Positions 1 through 12,360 of a stretch of DNA of 64,000 nt are shown piece after piece. Position numbers and translations under genes: made by a program. This DNA is from Octopus vulgaris. Taxonomy: Eukaryota. A model generated the notes under the pieces. That model searched no databases, was not told the origin of the DNA, and saw only the letters and a list, made by a program, of their open reading frames with translations. The stretch spans positions 170,128,001 to 170,192,000 of the forward strand of contig OX597816.1 of assembly GCA_951406725.2 (NCBI GenBank). The letters are read 5' to 3'. Numbering within the stretch: position 1 is the stretch's first letter; every line of letters starts with the position of its first letter.

Positions 1-1302
1 AATAATCATTATATATATATATATAGGGTAAAAAAAAATTAAGTTTTCGGTATGTGGTTTAGCAACTTGTTGCTAAACCCTTAATTATTGCTATAATTAT
101 ATATAAAACTTCTTGTACAATGTTTTTACCGAATATGGTTCCTTTCCATACCGAAACTACTTGGTGAAATTTATTAATTATAGATTACTAATTTTTTTTA
201 CCCTATATCTATAATGATTATATATATACATATATATATATATAAAGAACATGTTGGGTTTAGTTCACTTGTGATCTAAATAAATAGGTACGCTAGGTAA
301 GGGCTATAGTTGGATGACCGTTAAGTTCCAAGAACACAGCTAAGGCTGGATCTAGGGAGCCATGTTAGGATTCAGTTATAACAGGCTCTGCCTTGGTTTT
401 GATTTTCCTCTAATATAATATGTGTGTCTGTATGTGTGTGTGTGTGTGTGTGGGGGTATGTGTGTGTGTACATGTTGTGCACGAATGTTTGTGGCTAACG
501 AGATTAAAGTTACCTGCGACATTAGCACTTTGATCTGAATTTACTAAGATATTCTCACGCTTGTGAAATAATTCATTATTCGTTATGAATATAGAAGATA
601 TTCGAAAAGATATGCTTAATCATCAAGTTTAATGTACACGATGTTAATCCTAAAACTAACAATACTTTGATATTCAATGGTGTGTAACAACATGAGGTAA
701 TTCGCCAGGTGGGCTTCATGCAGATTACATGGTTATCATTTTCCGCTCTTCTACCGTCTTCAATCTGGCCGTGCTATTTCCAGTTTCTTTCCGCTCCTAC
801 CAATCCTTTCCTTCAAGCACTCCCGTATCATCTGCAGCATCCTTGTCCATATTTTTTTCTTTCCAACACCTTACCCACTTCTGAATAACTTCCGTACACC
901 CGCTCCTGCTGTCGTACCTGCACTTTCCTCTCTAATCGCACATAACTTGCACTTCCCTTTCCCTTACCACACGAAACCACCACATTTTCCATTTCCACTA
1001 AGCATTTTATGCATTCTATTTTTCCCACTGCAACCTTTTCTGTATCTGGTAATCACGACACCGACTGGTTGATGGATTCGAAGAACACTGGACAGACATC
1101 CAATGGGGCAACAAGTATCCTGCCTCACGACATTTCACCTGAAACTTTTCGGTCTTTGCATGTCACCTACACCAAGTCTCTTCTACCATAGCCCTGGACC
1201 TACTAAGCTTCGTGCGTGGATGTGGTGGACGGAAACTGAGGTGCCCATCGCATATATGCATATATATATATATCAAAAGAAAAACAGGATGCAAAGGATT
1301 TA

Positions 1303-1389
1303 GCGGCACATATGTTTCTGGCTTTATTGGACTGTTTATATCAATGCATAATTGATGTAACATGTATGTCAATAGCCTTCCTCAGCCGC
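1303..1389 (-). ncRNA. Minimal type I hammerhead ribozyme motif (PLE-type) in a cassette between (TA)n tracts
   Basis: Minus strand reads GCGG-CUGAGGA-A-GGCUAUUG...CAAUAAAGCC-A-GAAA-CAUAUG-UG-CCGC: stem I GCGG/CCGC, stem II, palindromic stem III. Cleavage triplet is GUG (non-canonical). Confidence 0.7.
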
Positions 1390-1410
1390 GTACAATTACC
1401 ACACCAAGGG

Positions 1411-1479
<69 letters not shown>

Positions 1480-2150
1480 GTATCCGTGATAGAAAAATTC
1501 AACAAAAAGAGCACTCCATTTGGCGAGAGATAAATGTTATTATTTAAAGGTCACAATACATGTATCGAAGTGCTAATAGTAGTGTCATAGGTCGAGAGAA
1601 CTCGAACATATTCTTCAGGCATAAAACACATATCATAATGAACTAAAAAATTGCATAAATGGAAGAAACGCGATGAAGCTGAGAAGGCCGCATATAGAAA
1701 ACGCAGACAGTAAACAACGGAAAACGAAAAGCGGAAAACGAGACTTGAATGTCAAAAAGTAAAAAGTGCTATCCTCCTTAGGCCCGTAACTGATAAGGCT
1801 GGAAAGATATCAAATCAGTGAAGAATAGGCAAAATTTTCCAATTCTTCAGAATATATTTATACATATGCATGCAACCACTGAAAATCTCTGACCTGGAGT
1901 TCAAATAAAGAGTTAGGTATCATATATCTGAAGAGGGCTTGCGCTCTTTCAGCTAAACAAAGTCTTCATTTATTCGATGTATTTACATAGGGACAAAAAT
2001 AAAGCTACAAAGTTGGCTAGCTGTGTATAGACTTTGAAAGATAAAGAAACACTGCATGTGATTAAATGGAAAATAATTGAGAAACCCATACCTTATGTGA
2101 CTGGATCGAATAAATTTATTCCTGACTGATATCTTCCCAGCCTTATCATT
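1480..2150 (-). mobile_element. Penelope-like element 3' fragment (C-terminus of GIY-YIG region plus 3' UTR)
   Basis: Minus-strand frameshifted translation CLAERAQALFRY..LNSRSEIFSGCMHMYKYILKNW resembles the PLE C-terminal CLxEK...LNxRSExxSxCxH motif. 22-bp inverted repeat 1791-1812/2127-2148. Degenerate CUGAAGA...GAUACAUGUA at about 1555-1619. Confidence 0.6.
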
Positions 2151-2184
2151 TAACTCCTAACGAGAATAGCACTTGTTACACATA

Positions 2185-2575
2185 TTAGAGCTTGGCACCA
2201 TGTCCCCGACGGGTATGAATAAACATTTTTCCCTTTCATCCTTTCACCTCCTCTTAATTCTTTTTTACCCTTTTTTATCTTCCTTCCACCCTCTCTCTGC
2301 AACATTCCCGTATTTACTTATCTGTACTCTGTCTATCACTCTTTTCCTCCTTTCTGCACGGCCTCTCCTATAACTTCTGTTTTAGATTAGCAGCCCATGT
2401 TATTCGGCGTCCATTGTCAGTTGCAGCCAGTGTTTCAAGCTCAGAGGATATGAACTCTATTTGTCTTTCTTCAACTTCTCTTTTTCTGTACACCCTGATG
2501 AAGGATTACATCCGAAACGTTGGGTGTTCCACTCTTCACGGCAAGTTCACTGTACCTCTTTCACTTTTTCTCTAT
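2185..2575 (+). mobile_element. 5'-truncated Penelope-like element 3' end (same family as 5720-6420)
   Basis: ELGTMSPTGMN (end of PLE GIY-YIG domain), then a pyrimidine-rich UTR closely similar to 6080-6400, then a hammerhead motif. Confidence 0.75.
2490..2527 (+). ncRNA. Minimal hammerhead ribozyme motif
   Basis: ACACC-CUGAUGA-A-GGA-UUACA-UCC-GAAAC-GUU-GGGUGU; core intact. Confidence 0.8.
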
Positions 2576-2994
2576 ATACATGTACGAGTGTGTGTACATA
2601 AATGCATATATGTACATATGTATGTATGTATGTTTCTATCTACCTTCACACACACAGAAACACACACACACGCACACACACACACACAGAAACACACACA
2701 CACACACATACACACACACAACACACATACACACACACATACAAGCACACATCTGCTGCAGACAATCCGCTGTCTTTCTCGTCATTCAGTGAAGTAGTGT
2801 TTGACATACTGAAAGCAACACAAAACAACACGAAAATACACATAATTATGTTAAACGTCCCAGTACGATTGTACCTGAATCTACATACATGTTACCTGCA
2901 ATTCTGAAGTACGTATTTCAATCCATTCAAAAACATTGCATGATCAACTTCAGCTGAACTATAAATTAATTAATCATTAAGTTGTTGGTGTTTT

Positions 2995-3214
2995 ATTACT
3001 CTTTTTGCTCTTTTACTCTTTTACTTGTTTCAGTCATTTGACTGCGGCCATGCTGGAGCACCGCCTTTAATCGAGCAAATCGACCCCGGGACTTATTCTT
3101 TGTAAGCCCAGTACTTATTCTATCGGTCTCTTTTGCCGAACCGCTAAGTAACGGGGACATAAACACACCCGGATTTGTTTTTCAAGCAATGCTAGGGGGA
3201 CAAACACAGACACA

Positions 3215-3297
<83 letters not shown>

Positions 3298-3465
3298 TAT
3301 ATACGACAGGCTTTTTCAGTTTCCGTCTACCAAATCCACTCACAAGGCATTGGTCGGCCCGGGGCTATAGCAGAAGACACTTGCCTAAGATGCCACGCAG
3401 TGGGACTAAACCCGGAACCATGTGGTTGGTTAGCAAGCTACTTACCACACAGCCACTCCTGCGCC
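2995..3465 (-). mobile_element. tRNA-derived SINE family A (internal (TA)n/(TG)n, AAAAGAGT-repeat tail)
   Basis: Head GGCGCAGGAGTGGCTGTGTGG (A box)...GGTTTAGTCCC (B-box-like); more than 10 similar copies in the window. Confidence 0.9.
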
Positions 3466-3902
3466 TATTGTGTAAAAGTTTTATGAATAATGAAGAATGA
3501 GAAAGATTCGTTTGTTTGGCTAATTCCGTTGTAAAATTTTGGTTTCGTTCCAGTAACATTATCGCATAAAACTCACGAAGATAAACATTACATTTTGATA
3601 TAATTTAGTACTAATCACCTCTTCTCCCAATTGTAGGAGCGTAATAATCCAGTCATGTATTTTATTGTTGTACTTGTTAACCGAATTTGGCGTTCTTGAT
3701 TTATGAAGCAAAACAGAGAAGTTAATACATGAAACATCTTCATTTTCGATTCCTCATCTTTAATTCACTGTTTCTTATTTAAGCATTTTAAATATTTGTA
3801 TTAGTTGTTTAATGTCAGATCGACCCTGAATGAGCAGGTCATGGATTAAATCCGTGTCAAACATGACCATCACCTTTTGTATTCAGTGATATAGATAGCT
3901 TC

Positions 3903-4288
3903 GTGGAGGCGCAATGGCCCAGTGGTTAGGGCAGCGGACTCGCGGTCATAGGATCGCGGTTTCGATTCCCAGACCGGGCGTTGTGAGTGTTTATTGAGCG
4001 AAAACATCGAAAAGGTCCACGAGGCTCCGGCAGGGGATGGTGTTGATCCCTGCTGTACTCTTTCACCACAAATTTCTCTCACCCTTACTTCCTGTTTCTG
4101 TTGTACCTGTATTTCAAAGGGCCGGCCTTGTCACTCTCTGTGTCACGCTGAATATCCTCGAGAACTACGTTAAGGGTACACGTGTCTGTGGAGTGCTCAG
4201 CCACTTACATGTTAATTTCACGAGCAGGCTGTTCCGTTGATTCGGATCAACCGGAACCCTCATCGTCGTAACCGACGGAGTGCTTCCC
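3903..4288 (+). mobile_element. tRNA-derived SINE family C, full length
   Basis: A box TGGCCCAGTGG, B box GGTTTCGATTCC; 12-bp TSD ATAGATAGCTTC at 3891-3902 and 4289-4300; second copy at 36185-36421. Confidence 0.9.
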
Positions 4289-5719
4289 ATAGATAGCTTC
4301 AATAATATTTTCCAATTTACCATTCATTTCTTAAGAAAGTAACGTAAACTTTGAGTAAGATTTTGTTGCTTCTATTCACAATTTGATCGAGTAGCTACTC
4401 GATTCTCTTCTCTTCTCTTCTAAATTTTATATCTATCAGTACTTTAGTGCCATATTGCCAATCACGCCTATAACAACTGTTCATTATTTATTTTGTAGTC
4501 GATGAAGTAGACGCCAGTCATACATTGGCGTCAATTCAATCTTATAGACATCTCCACTGAAATTTCAAATTCTGTGATTATTTGAGAAGTCAATATAAAA
4601 CAAATATTTTCTAAGAATAATCATTGTTTGATAAGAATATTTCATCTACTTATATATACTTTTAATTACTCAATTTCCATCAAATCAATACTATCGTCTC
4701 CAAACACAGTAGTTTCTTTTTAACATAAAAATATCAAACTGATATTGAGACAAATCATGAATGTGATGCGGCAGTCATGTCATATATAACACGTCTAACA
4801 ACCGTTCGATAACTATAAATATACATATTGTTTTATTGTCGCTGCATTCATTAACGCCAAACAAAGGCAGTATGTATAAATGCATAATTCCCTGAAACTA
4901 GCGAGAATTTCTATTTCTGTCAAGTAACAAAAGGCTGATTTGGAGGAGAATCTATACTTTACTTTAAACTGTGCAACTTTGATCTGTACAGACTGAATTT
5001 TTACGAACATATTAGCAGCAATATGTGTATCGTAACATTTTTATAAGTAGCACCGAAGACCATAAGATAATCTCACAGTGAACAGAGTCTTCAAAGTAGT
5101 TTCCATTTCTAGTTTTAGTGAATTTACTTTTGAAGTATATGCTAATGTTTCCTGGAAAAGCTTACAGTTTTCAGTTTGTATAACCACCATCCTTGAAGTC
5201 AATTGGTATTGAACGTTATTGGATACGTCTATTGAATAGTGAGCAAGCATATACCCTGAATATTGAATACATACATGTTTGTATTTAATGTGGTTCGAAA
5301 GTTAGTACAAGGAAAAGGTATTAAAAGGAAAAATAACCGCCATAACAGCTCATCATCGTCTGGGAGCCCATTCGTTGCGATCTACCTCATAACCAAGCAA
5401 ATGTTCAGATTCTGTTTAAGTGATTACGGGTGAAAGATTTATACAGTTTAGTTTAAATTTACTGACTAATGTAGAAGAATCCAGAAATATATTTAGAATT
5501 TCTAGAGTCAGTGTATTTTACTTTTAAATTACAATAACTGCTGTACAGATGGAGCCAAATAATCTCATTCCTTCAAAATTCAGGTCTTATGCCTAAATTT
5601 ACAAATATTTATTAGTCAAAGGCTAACAGCTTATGTGAATGAAATTCTAGTAATGAAAATCCTGAACTTTATGCTATTTCCTTTCATCGTGTGTAGACAA
5701 TTGGCAGAATCGGTTCTGC

Positions 5720-6420
5720 ACCAAAGAAATGTCTTGCATGTGGTAATCTCAACAATATTACCCTATCAAGGGGCTCAATAAGCAATATCACATAACTCAC
5801 AACTTTTGTTGTACTTTGGCGAATCTCCTATACTGCATCATATGCAAACTCAGTGGTGCTCTTTACACTAGAAAAAAAGAGCGACGTCTTGGGGAACGAT
5901 TTCCTGAACACATCAGAAGCATAATGCTACATATGCCAGGCCGACCTGTCGAAACCCACTTCAACACTGAGAATCATTCTATTGCAGATTTATCAGTGTA
6001 TTGCATGGACTTGCACCGCAGACCCCCACCCCCATCTTACTCCTTCAGGAAACGAAAGGAGCAGCTTCTCATATGTGATATTGTCACTATGTCCTAGACA
6101 AGTATGAATGAACGTTTTCCGTTTCATCCTTTCAAATCCTCTTAATTTTCTTTTTACCCCCTTTTAATCTTCCTTTCCCCCCTCTCTCTGCAACATTCCC
6201 GTATTTACTTATCTCTACTCTTTCTTTCACTCTTTTCCTCCTCCTGTCTGCACGCCCTCTCCTACAACGTCTGTTTCACGTTAGCAGCCCGTGTTATTCT
6301 CCGTCTATTATCAGTTGCACCCAGTTTTTCAAGCTATTTGTTTTTATTCACTCTGACGAAGGATTACATCCGAAACGCTGGATATTCCACTCCTCACAGT
6401 TACACAAGATTCATTGCAGT
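5720..6420 (+). mobile_element. Penelope-like element 3' part: degenerate GIY-YIG endonuclease plus 3' UTR
   Basis: ORF 5816-6097 NLLYCIICK..ALY...RRLGERFPEH..PVETHFNTENHS...RKRKEQLLI matches the PLE GIY-YIG pattern; ends next to (TA)n. Confidence 0.85.
6349..6384 (+). ncRNA. Minimal hammerhead ribozyme motif (cleavage triplet mutated)
   Basis: CU-CUGACGA-A-GGA-UUACA-UCC-GAAAC-GCU; paralog of 2490-2527. Confidence 0.7.
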
Positions 6421-6423
6421 TAG

Positions 6424-6487
<64 letters not shown>

Positions 6488-6584
6488 AGTGTGTGTGTGT
6501 ATGTGTGTGTGTTTGTATGTGTGTGTGCGTGCGTGCGTGCGTGTGTGTGTGTATGGATATATATATATATGTATAAATATAAGA

Positions 6585-6797
6585 GTCTTGCTTCTCAATC
6601 ACGGGTTCCACTGCGTGGCACCTTGAGCAGGTGTTTTCTACGATAGCCTCGGGCTGACCAAAGCCTTATGAGTATATGTGGTTAACGGAAACTGAAAGAA
6701 GCCCGTCGTGTGTATATATGTATATATGTTCATGTGTGTGTGTGCCTTTGTGTCTGTGTTTGTCCCCGCACCATCGCTTGACAACCCATGTTAGTGT
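6585..6797 (+). mobile_element. SINE family A, partial
   Basis: CCACTGCGTGGCACCTTGAGCAGG...GAAACTGAAAGAAGCCCGTCG. Confidence 0.8.
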
Positions 6798-6991
6798 AAA
6801 CTGTTGTTAACATTTTCTTATTATTATCAAAGAATGTATTTCTGTTTTTTTAATACTTTTGTGATAACCAATACTTAACACAACAAAGCTCATGCATATC
6901 TTTACTTTTGACGTCTGAAAGCCTTTTTTCTAAATAAAGTGAAACCGGTCAAGTGAAAAAAACATCTTTAAAATTACATTTTCAAACCTTC

Positions 6992-7036
<45 letters not shown>

Positions 7037-8263
7037 AGTAAAACGCCCCCCCCCCCCCCATCCAATGGAGGTGCTGAGTTGTCAAACATTTAAACCAAAT
7101 TTTCGCAAAACAACTTGGCCTCCCCTTTGAAAAACACTGATTTAACCTAAATTTGAGACACTACCAAAAGAAGAAATAAAGAGAGAATTTTTTTCTATTC
7201 CAAAGAAAAACGATTTCCCACGGCTTTATCGATCGCATTCTCACCTGGAATCGAATTCTGTAATTTTTTCAAGTCCTATACACGCCCTGATACCGTCGGT
7301 ATCTACATATCAAATTTGAGCGCAATCGGATGGAGGATGCCCGAGATACTAGAAGCCACAAACACACATACACACACACAGACAGAACGGATTTTATATA
7401 AGATATATGTATGCTTGCACACACACACACATATGTATATGTGTATGTATATATGTGTGTGTGTGTGTATGTGTGTGTGTGTGCGCATGTTTGTATGCAT
7501 GTCAGTATGTTTAATATACGATACGATCTCATTCATGGAATAGCGATTTGAGAATTACATGACAGAAATATTCTTTACATGTGTTTGAAATATGTCGATA
7601 AATTCAATAATATCAGCGAATCCAATCGGTTCGAAGACAAATCGGAATGAGTTAGTTAGAAGTAGGTATTCTTTTAAAACTAAATTGATAAGAGTAACAA
7701 ACGTGATTCGCTCTTTCTTAATCGCATTAGCTAAGCCAATTTCTCTAGATATTCAAGACGGAAATGTTACAATATATAGAGGTGAATTGATGACGATGTT
7801 TATGAATTGAAATATCAAAGGCGACGAAAGTTGCCTGAGGGAACGCTCTACTTTGTAACTGTATATGCTGTAACCTATCACATATTGCACTGAGATTTCG
7901 AAAGCATCGCTTAGCTTAACTGATTACAAAAGAAACACTATTTGTATGGTTCTTTAAAATCTAGAAGTAATATCAATGGAAATAATGTAATAAAATCGTT
8001 ATGTCCAGCTTCGGAAGTAAATGAAGACAATGTTGTTAAGAAAGTCGAAATGGCACCTATTCACATAAGCTGGAAAACGGAGAAATGATTAGCCTATGGG
8101 TTTCTGCACAGATCCTATATACTACACTCTGCTCAGACGACCATAAATATGTGCTGGTGTGAGAGGACAATTGCACAAATTCATGTGCAAAAAACATATT
8201 TATGGACATCTGTCCATCCATCAGCCTATTAAACATCAATCAAATACACACATACATATATAC

Positions 8264-8572
<309 letters not shown>

Positions 8573-8777
8573 GCGCACTAACATGCATACACACACACAC
8601 ACACATACACATGTATAGCCATCTATTCATGTTTGTGTATATATGTACGGATGTACTTGGGTATATATGTATATATGTGTATATACACATATGAAAGCTC
8701 GCACGCACACAGACGTATATATAAATTAAGCATTAGTGTTAACTCAAAGCCCTTCGGAGATAGGTGTGGTGAGTGGC

Positions 8778-8779
<2 letters not shown>

Positions 8780-8859
<80 letters not shown>

Positions 8860-9695
8860 TGTGTACAGTGCTCAGGTGCACTACAACTCATCTAAAGTGT
8901 ATATATAATCAGGTGTAGTTTCGGCGGATTTCGGAAAGCATGAGGGCCTTAAAGGATGCAGTGTCATGGCAGTCAACAACTGACGCAGGCAGTTTATTCC
9001 ATGCTTCAGCAACTCTGAGCGTGAAAAAATGTTTCCGAAAGTCATGGGAGCTGTGTTGTTTTCTGACTTTGTAGGCATGTCCACGTGTGTTAGACACATG
9101 GAGATCAAAAAGGTGTTCAGTGTTGTTGTTGGTGAGGTGGTTGATAACCTTGTGGGTGTTTACCAAGTCCGTCGCCAGACGCCGGAGCTTCAGTGAATCC
9201 ATGCCCAGGGAAACAAGGCGCTCAGAATATGGTAGGTGTCTGATGGAGGGTATGCGTTTGGTTGCACGTCTCTGGACAGATTCCAGGAGGTCAATGTTCT
9301 GAGCAAGATAGGGATTCCAAACTGATGATGCGAATTCCAAGTGTGGTCGTACCATAGCTGTAGACAGTTTTAAATAGATGGCTGGAGAGCGGCTAACAAA
9401 AGTCTTGCTGAGTGATGCCAAGACACCCTCGGCCTTCTTGACAATTTTAGAGATATGCTTTGTCCAACGCAAATCACTGCTGACAGTGATGCCTAGGTCA
9501 CGCTCGCGAGAGGATTTCTTGATATCAGTGTTGTGGAGGGAGTATGTGGACGCAGGGTTTTTTCTCCCAAAATGCATGGTGGTACATTTGTCCACAGCCA
9601 GTTTCAGTTGCCAGTCTGTGATCCATTGCTGCATTGTGTCTAGGTCTGATTGCAGGAAAGAGTTGTAGACATCAGGATCAGTCCTCTTGATCCTA
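8780..9695 (-). mobile_element. 5'-truncated CR1/L2-group LINE (RT C-terminus) with (ATT)n tail
   Basis: ORF 8909-9721: LQSDLD..QW...WQLKLAVDKC, ERDLGI, VRPHLEFASSVWNP, LESVQRRATK, FFTLRVAEAWNKLP; (AAT)n at 8780-8859 is the 3' tail. Frame uninterrupted, so relatively young. Confidence 0.92.
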
Positions 9696-10624
9696 TAAAT
9701 AGGATTTCGATTTTCACACATCTAAAAGTTAGATTTGGATATGTGCGAAAATATAACCGGCAAGAATAATAATCTATTTGCGTCTAACAGAGTACTACCT
9801 TTGGTTCACCATTTCCATAACCGGAATTGGCTTATCGGAGCTCTATCTCTCTGCTCGAGAAAGGCAATAAACATTCAAGTCATCAAATTCCACTACCTGT
9901 AGACACCTCATAGAGAACAATTCGGTTAAGTAACCCTGGTAAAGTGAGCTTATCTGACTTGAATCGGTGTGCACACTCCTGTCGCAGTCATCATACTCCG
10001 ATTTCTAAATTTGTTACCACTCAGGGCATCCATAATCCGAGGCCATAAGAAGACTTTCTAGCATGTGTGAATTAGCTCACTACACGAATTTGGAAAGCAG
10101 CCTTCTTGTTTCGAGTTGAAGATGGATTATTCATTGTCAACTAACAATAGTCCTTACCTGTTTTTCTCTTTTACTTATAAGCTCCGAACTTTTAGTGGCG
10201 ACAGTATCATGAACGTTACTATGCATAATTTATTTCATGCAATCGATGATTGAGGTCATTCACAGCATTACTACACCGTTTGCGATGTCTCTTCTAGCAA
10301 CTAATTCCTCTTCTCTTCGAGATTTTTCTTAATAGTTATATCTTTGCCGAATCTAATTCGTGCTTCCCTAATTTTTCTTTTTAACAAAACCCTTCATTTG
10401 ATATTGTTGTGTTTGGTCGAGCTGTTAGAAAGAAAACTTATCCTTGAGCCTCTCTTTTGGTGGTCTGAGAAATACCTTGTTGTTGTTGCTATTGTGGTGA
10501 TGATGGTGATGTTGGTGGTGGTGGTGGTGGTTGTAGCAGTGCTGCAGAGTGACACTCCACTGTTCAGTTTCTCCACTGTAGGGATAATTATGTTAAGGTT
10601 GTTGCCTTTAGTCAAAGAAATCGA

Positions 10625-10942
10625 TCACAGGACTTATTGTTTGTAAGCCTAATACTTATTCTATCAGTCTCTTTTGCCGAACCGCTAATGCTCGGGGACT
10701 TAAATGCACTAACATGGGCTGTCAAGCGATGGTGGGGGGACAAATACAGACACAAAGGCACACACACACACATAAATATATATATACATATATACACACG
10801 ACAGGCTTCTTTCAGTTTCCGTTAACCATATATACTCATAAGGCTTTGGTCAGCCTGAGGCTATAGTAGAAGACAGCTGCCCAAGGTACCACGCAGTGGA
10901 ACCCGGGACTACGTGGTTGGGGAGCAAGTCTCTTACCACACA
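10625..10942 (-). mobile_element. SINE family A, partial/diverged
   Basis: Homologous to 2995-3465. Confidence 0.8.
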
Positions 10943-11398
10943 AACATCTGGGTTTTATTTCCTTCCTCAACCACTGAAATCAGCTTACATTTTCTTATAC
11001 ATCATTATACATTATGTATGATAATGTTTATTTAGCCTCGCCTCAAGCCAGTTCTTATATAAATAAATTAATGGGATGGATTATTTATTGTCAACCAACA
11101 ATAGTCCTTACCTGTTTTTTTTTTTCTTACTTATAACCACCGAACTGTTAGTGGCGACAGTATCATGAACGTTACTATGCATAATTTATTTCATGTAATC
11201 GATAGTGGGGACATTAGATGTGCCCTAGAAACACATCTGTCAAATTATATTTCTTTTAATGTATCACTGTAAGAATAAAGAAAAGTTGTAGGGAATATCG
11301 TTCAAGCTAAAGTTTAACATCATTTAATCAGAATCTATTTGGTGAATTGCCTTTGAAATAAAAGCGAAGGGATCTTTTACTTTTCATGGGCAGCTCGA

Positions 11399-11822
11399 TT
11401 ACTCTTTACTCTCTTTTAGTCTTTTACTTGTTTCAGTCAGTCGACTGCGGCCATGCTGGAGCACCGCCTTTAGTCGAGCAACTCGACTCGTGACTTATTC
11501 TTTGTAAGCCCAGTACTTATTCTATCGGTCTCTTTTGCCGAACCGCTAAGTGACGGGGACATAAACACACCAGCATCGGTTGTCAAGCAATGCTAGGGGG
11601 ACAAACACAGACACACAAACATACACGCACACACACATATATATATATATATAGATATACATATATACGACGGGCTTCTTTCAGTTTCCGTCTACCAAAT
11701 CCACTCACAAGGCTTTGGTCGGCCCGAGGCTATATTAGAAGACACTTACCTAAGGTGCCACGCAGTGGGACTGAACCTGGAACCATGTGGTTAGTAAACA
11801 AGCTACTTACCACACAGCCACT
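11399..11822 (-). mobile_element. SINE family A
   Basis: Homologous to 2995-3465; its 5' end abuts the MITE. Confidence 0.9.
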
Positions 11823-12360
11823 CTTTAACTAAAAGCTTTGAAACGTCGTATACTGGTAGAATGTGTTATATAGAACATCTTTTACTCTGAGTGTTGTTGA
11901 GAAAAGTTTCTATTTTCGAAGTTATTTCGTGTTAAAGTTGTCTCATTTCGGCAATTTCAACGAATCAACAACGTGTATTCAGCTGAATAAAATTACTACT
12001 GTTGTTTGTCAACAACTATCGACGGTGTATATTGCGTTTGTCACTCTTATCTGTGACATCGCACTTGCGTTTGTACTGATTTTAACTTTTAAAAAATTAC
12101 AATTTTTCTACTTCGTGTTAGGGTTTTAGGGTTAGGGTTAGGGTTAGGGTTTTAAGGTTAGGGTTAGTTGTTGTTGACAAACAACAGCAGTAATTTTATT
12201 CAGCTGAATACACGTCACTGATTGGTTGAAATTACCGAAATACAAATTTAACACGAAATAACTTCGAAAATAGAAACTTTTCTCAAAAACGCTAAGAGTA
12301 GAAGGTGTTCTATATGACACACTCTACCAGTATCGGAAGATTCAAAGTTTTTAGTTAAAG
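11823..12360. mobile_element. Palindromic MITE with ~190-bp imperfect inverted arms and internal (TTAGGG)n
   Basis: Termini CTTTAACTAAAA/TTTTAGTTAAAG; arms about 11823-12017 and 12166-12360; TTAGGG units at 12118-12167. Confidence 0.85.

Noticed and set aside
3189-3500. Recurrent ORF peptide SFRLPNPLTR..WSARGYSRRHLPK (also 11590, 17180, 30956, 35676, 63470)
   Set aside because: Antisense translation of SINE A, not a gene family.
3903-3978. tRNA-like gene
   Set aside because: It is the head of a TSD-flanked SINE with a second copy at 36185-36421; no proper acceptor stem.
12118-12167. Telomere or chromosome fusion site
   Set aside because: Only about 50 bp, and internal to a MITE.
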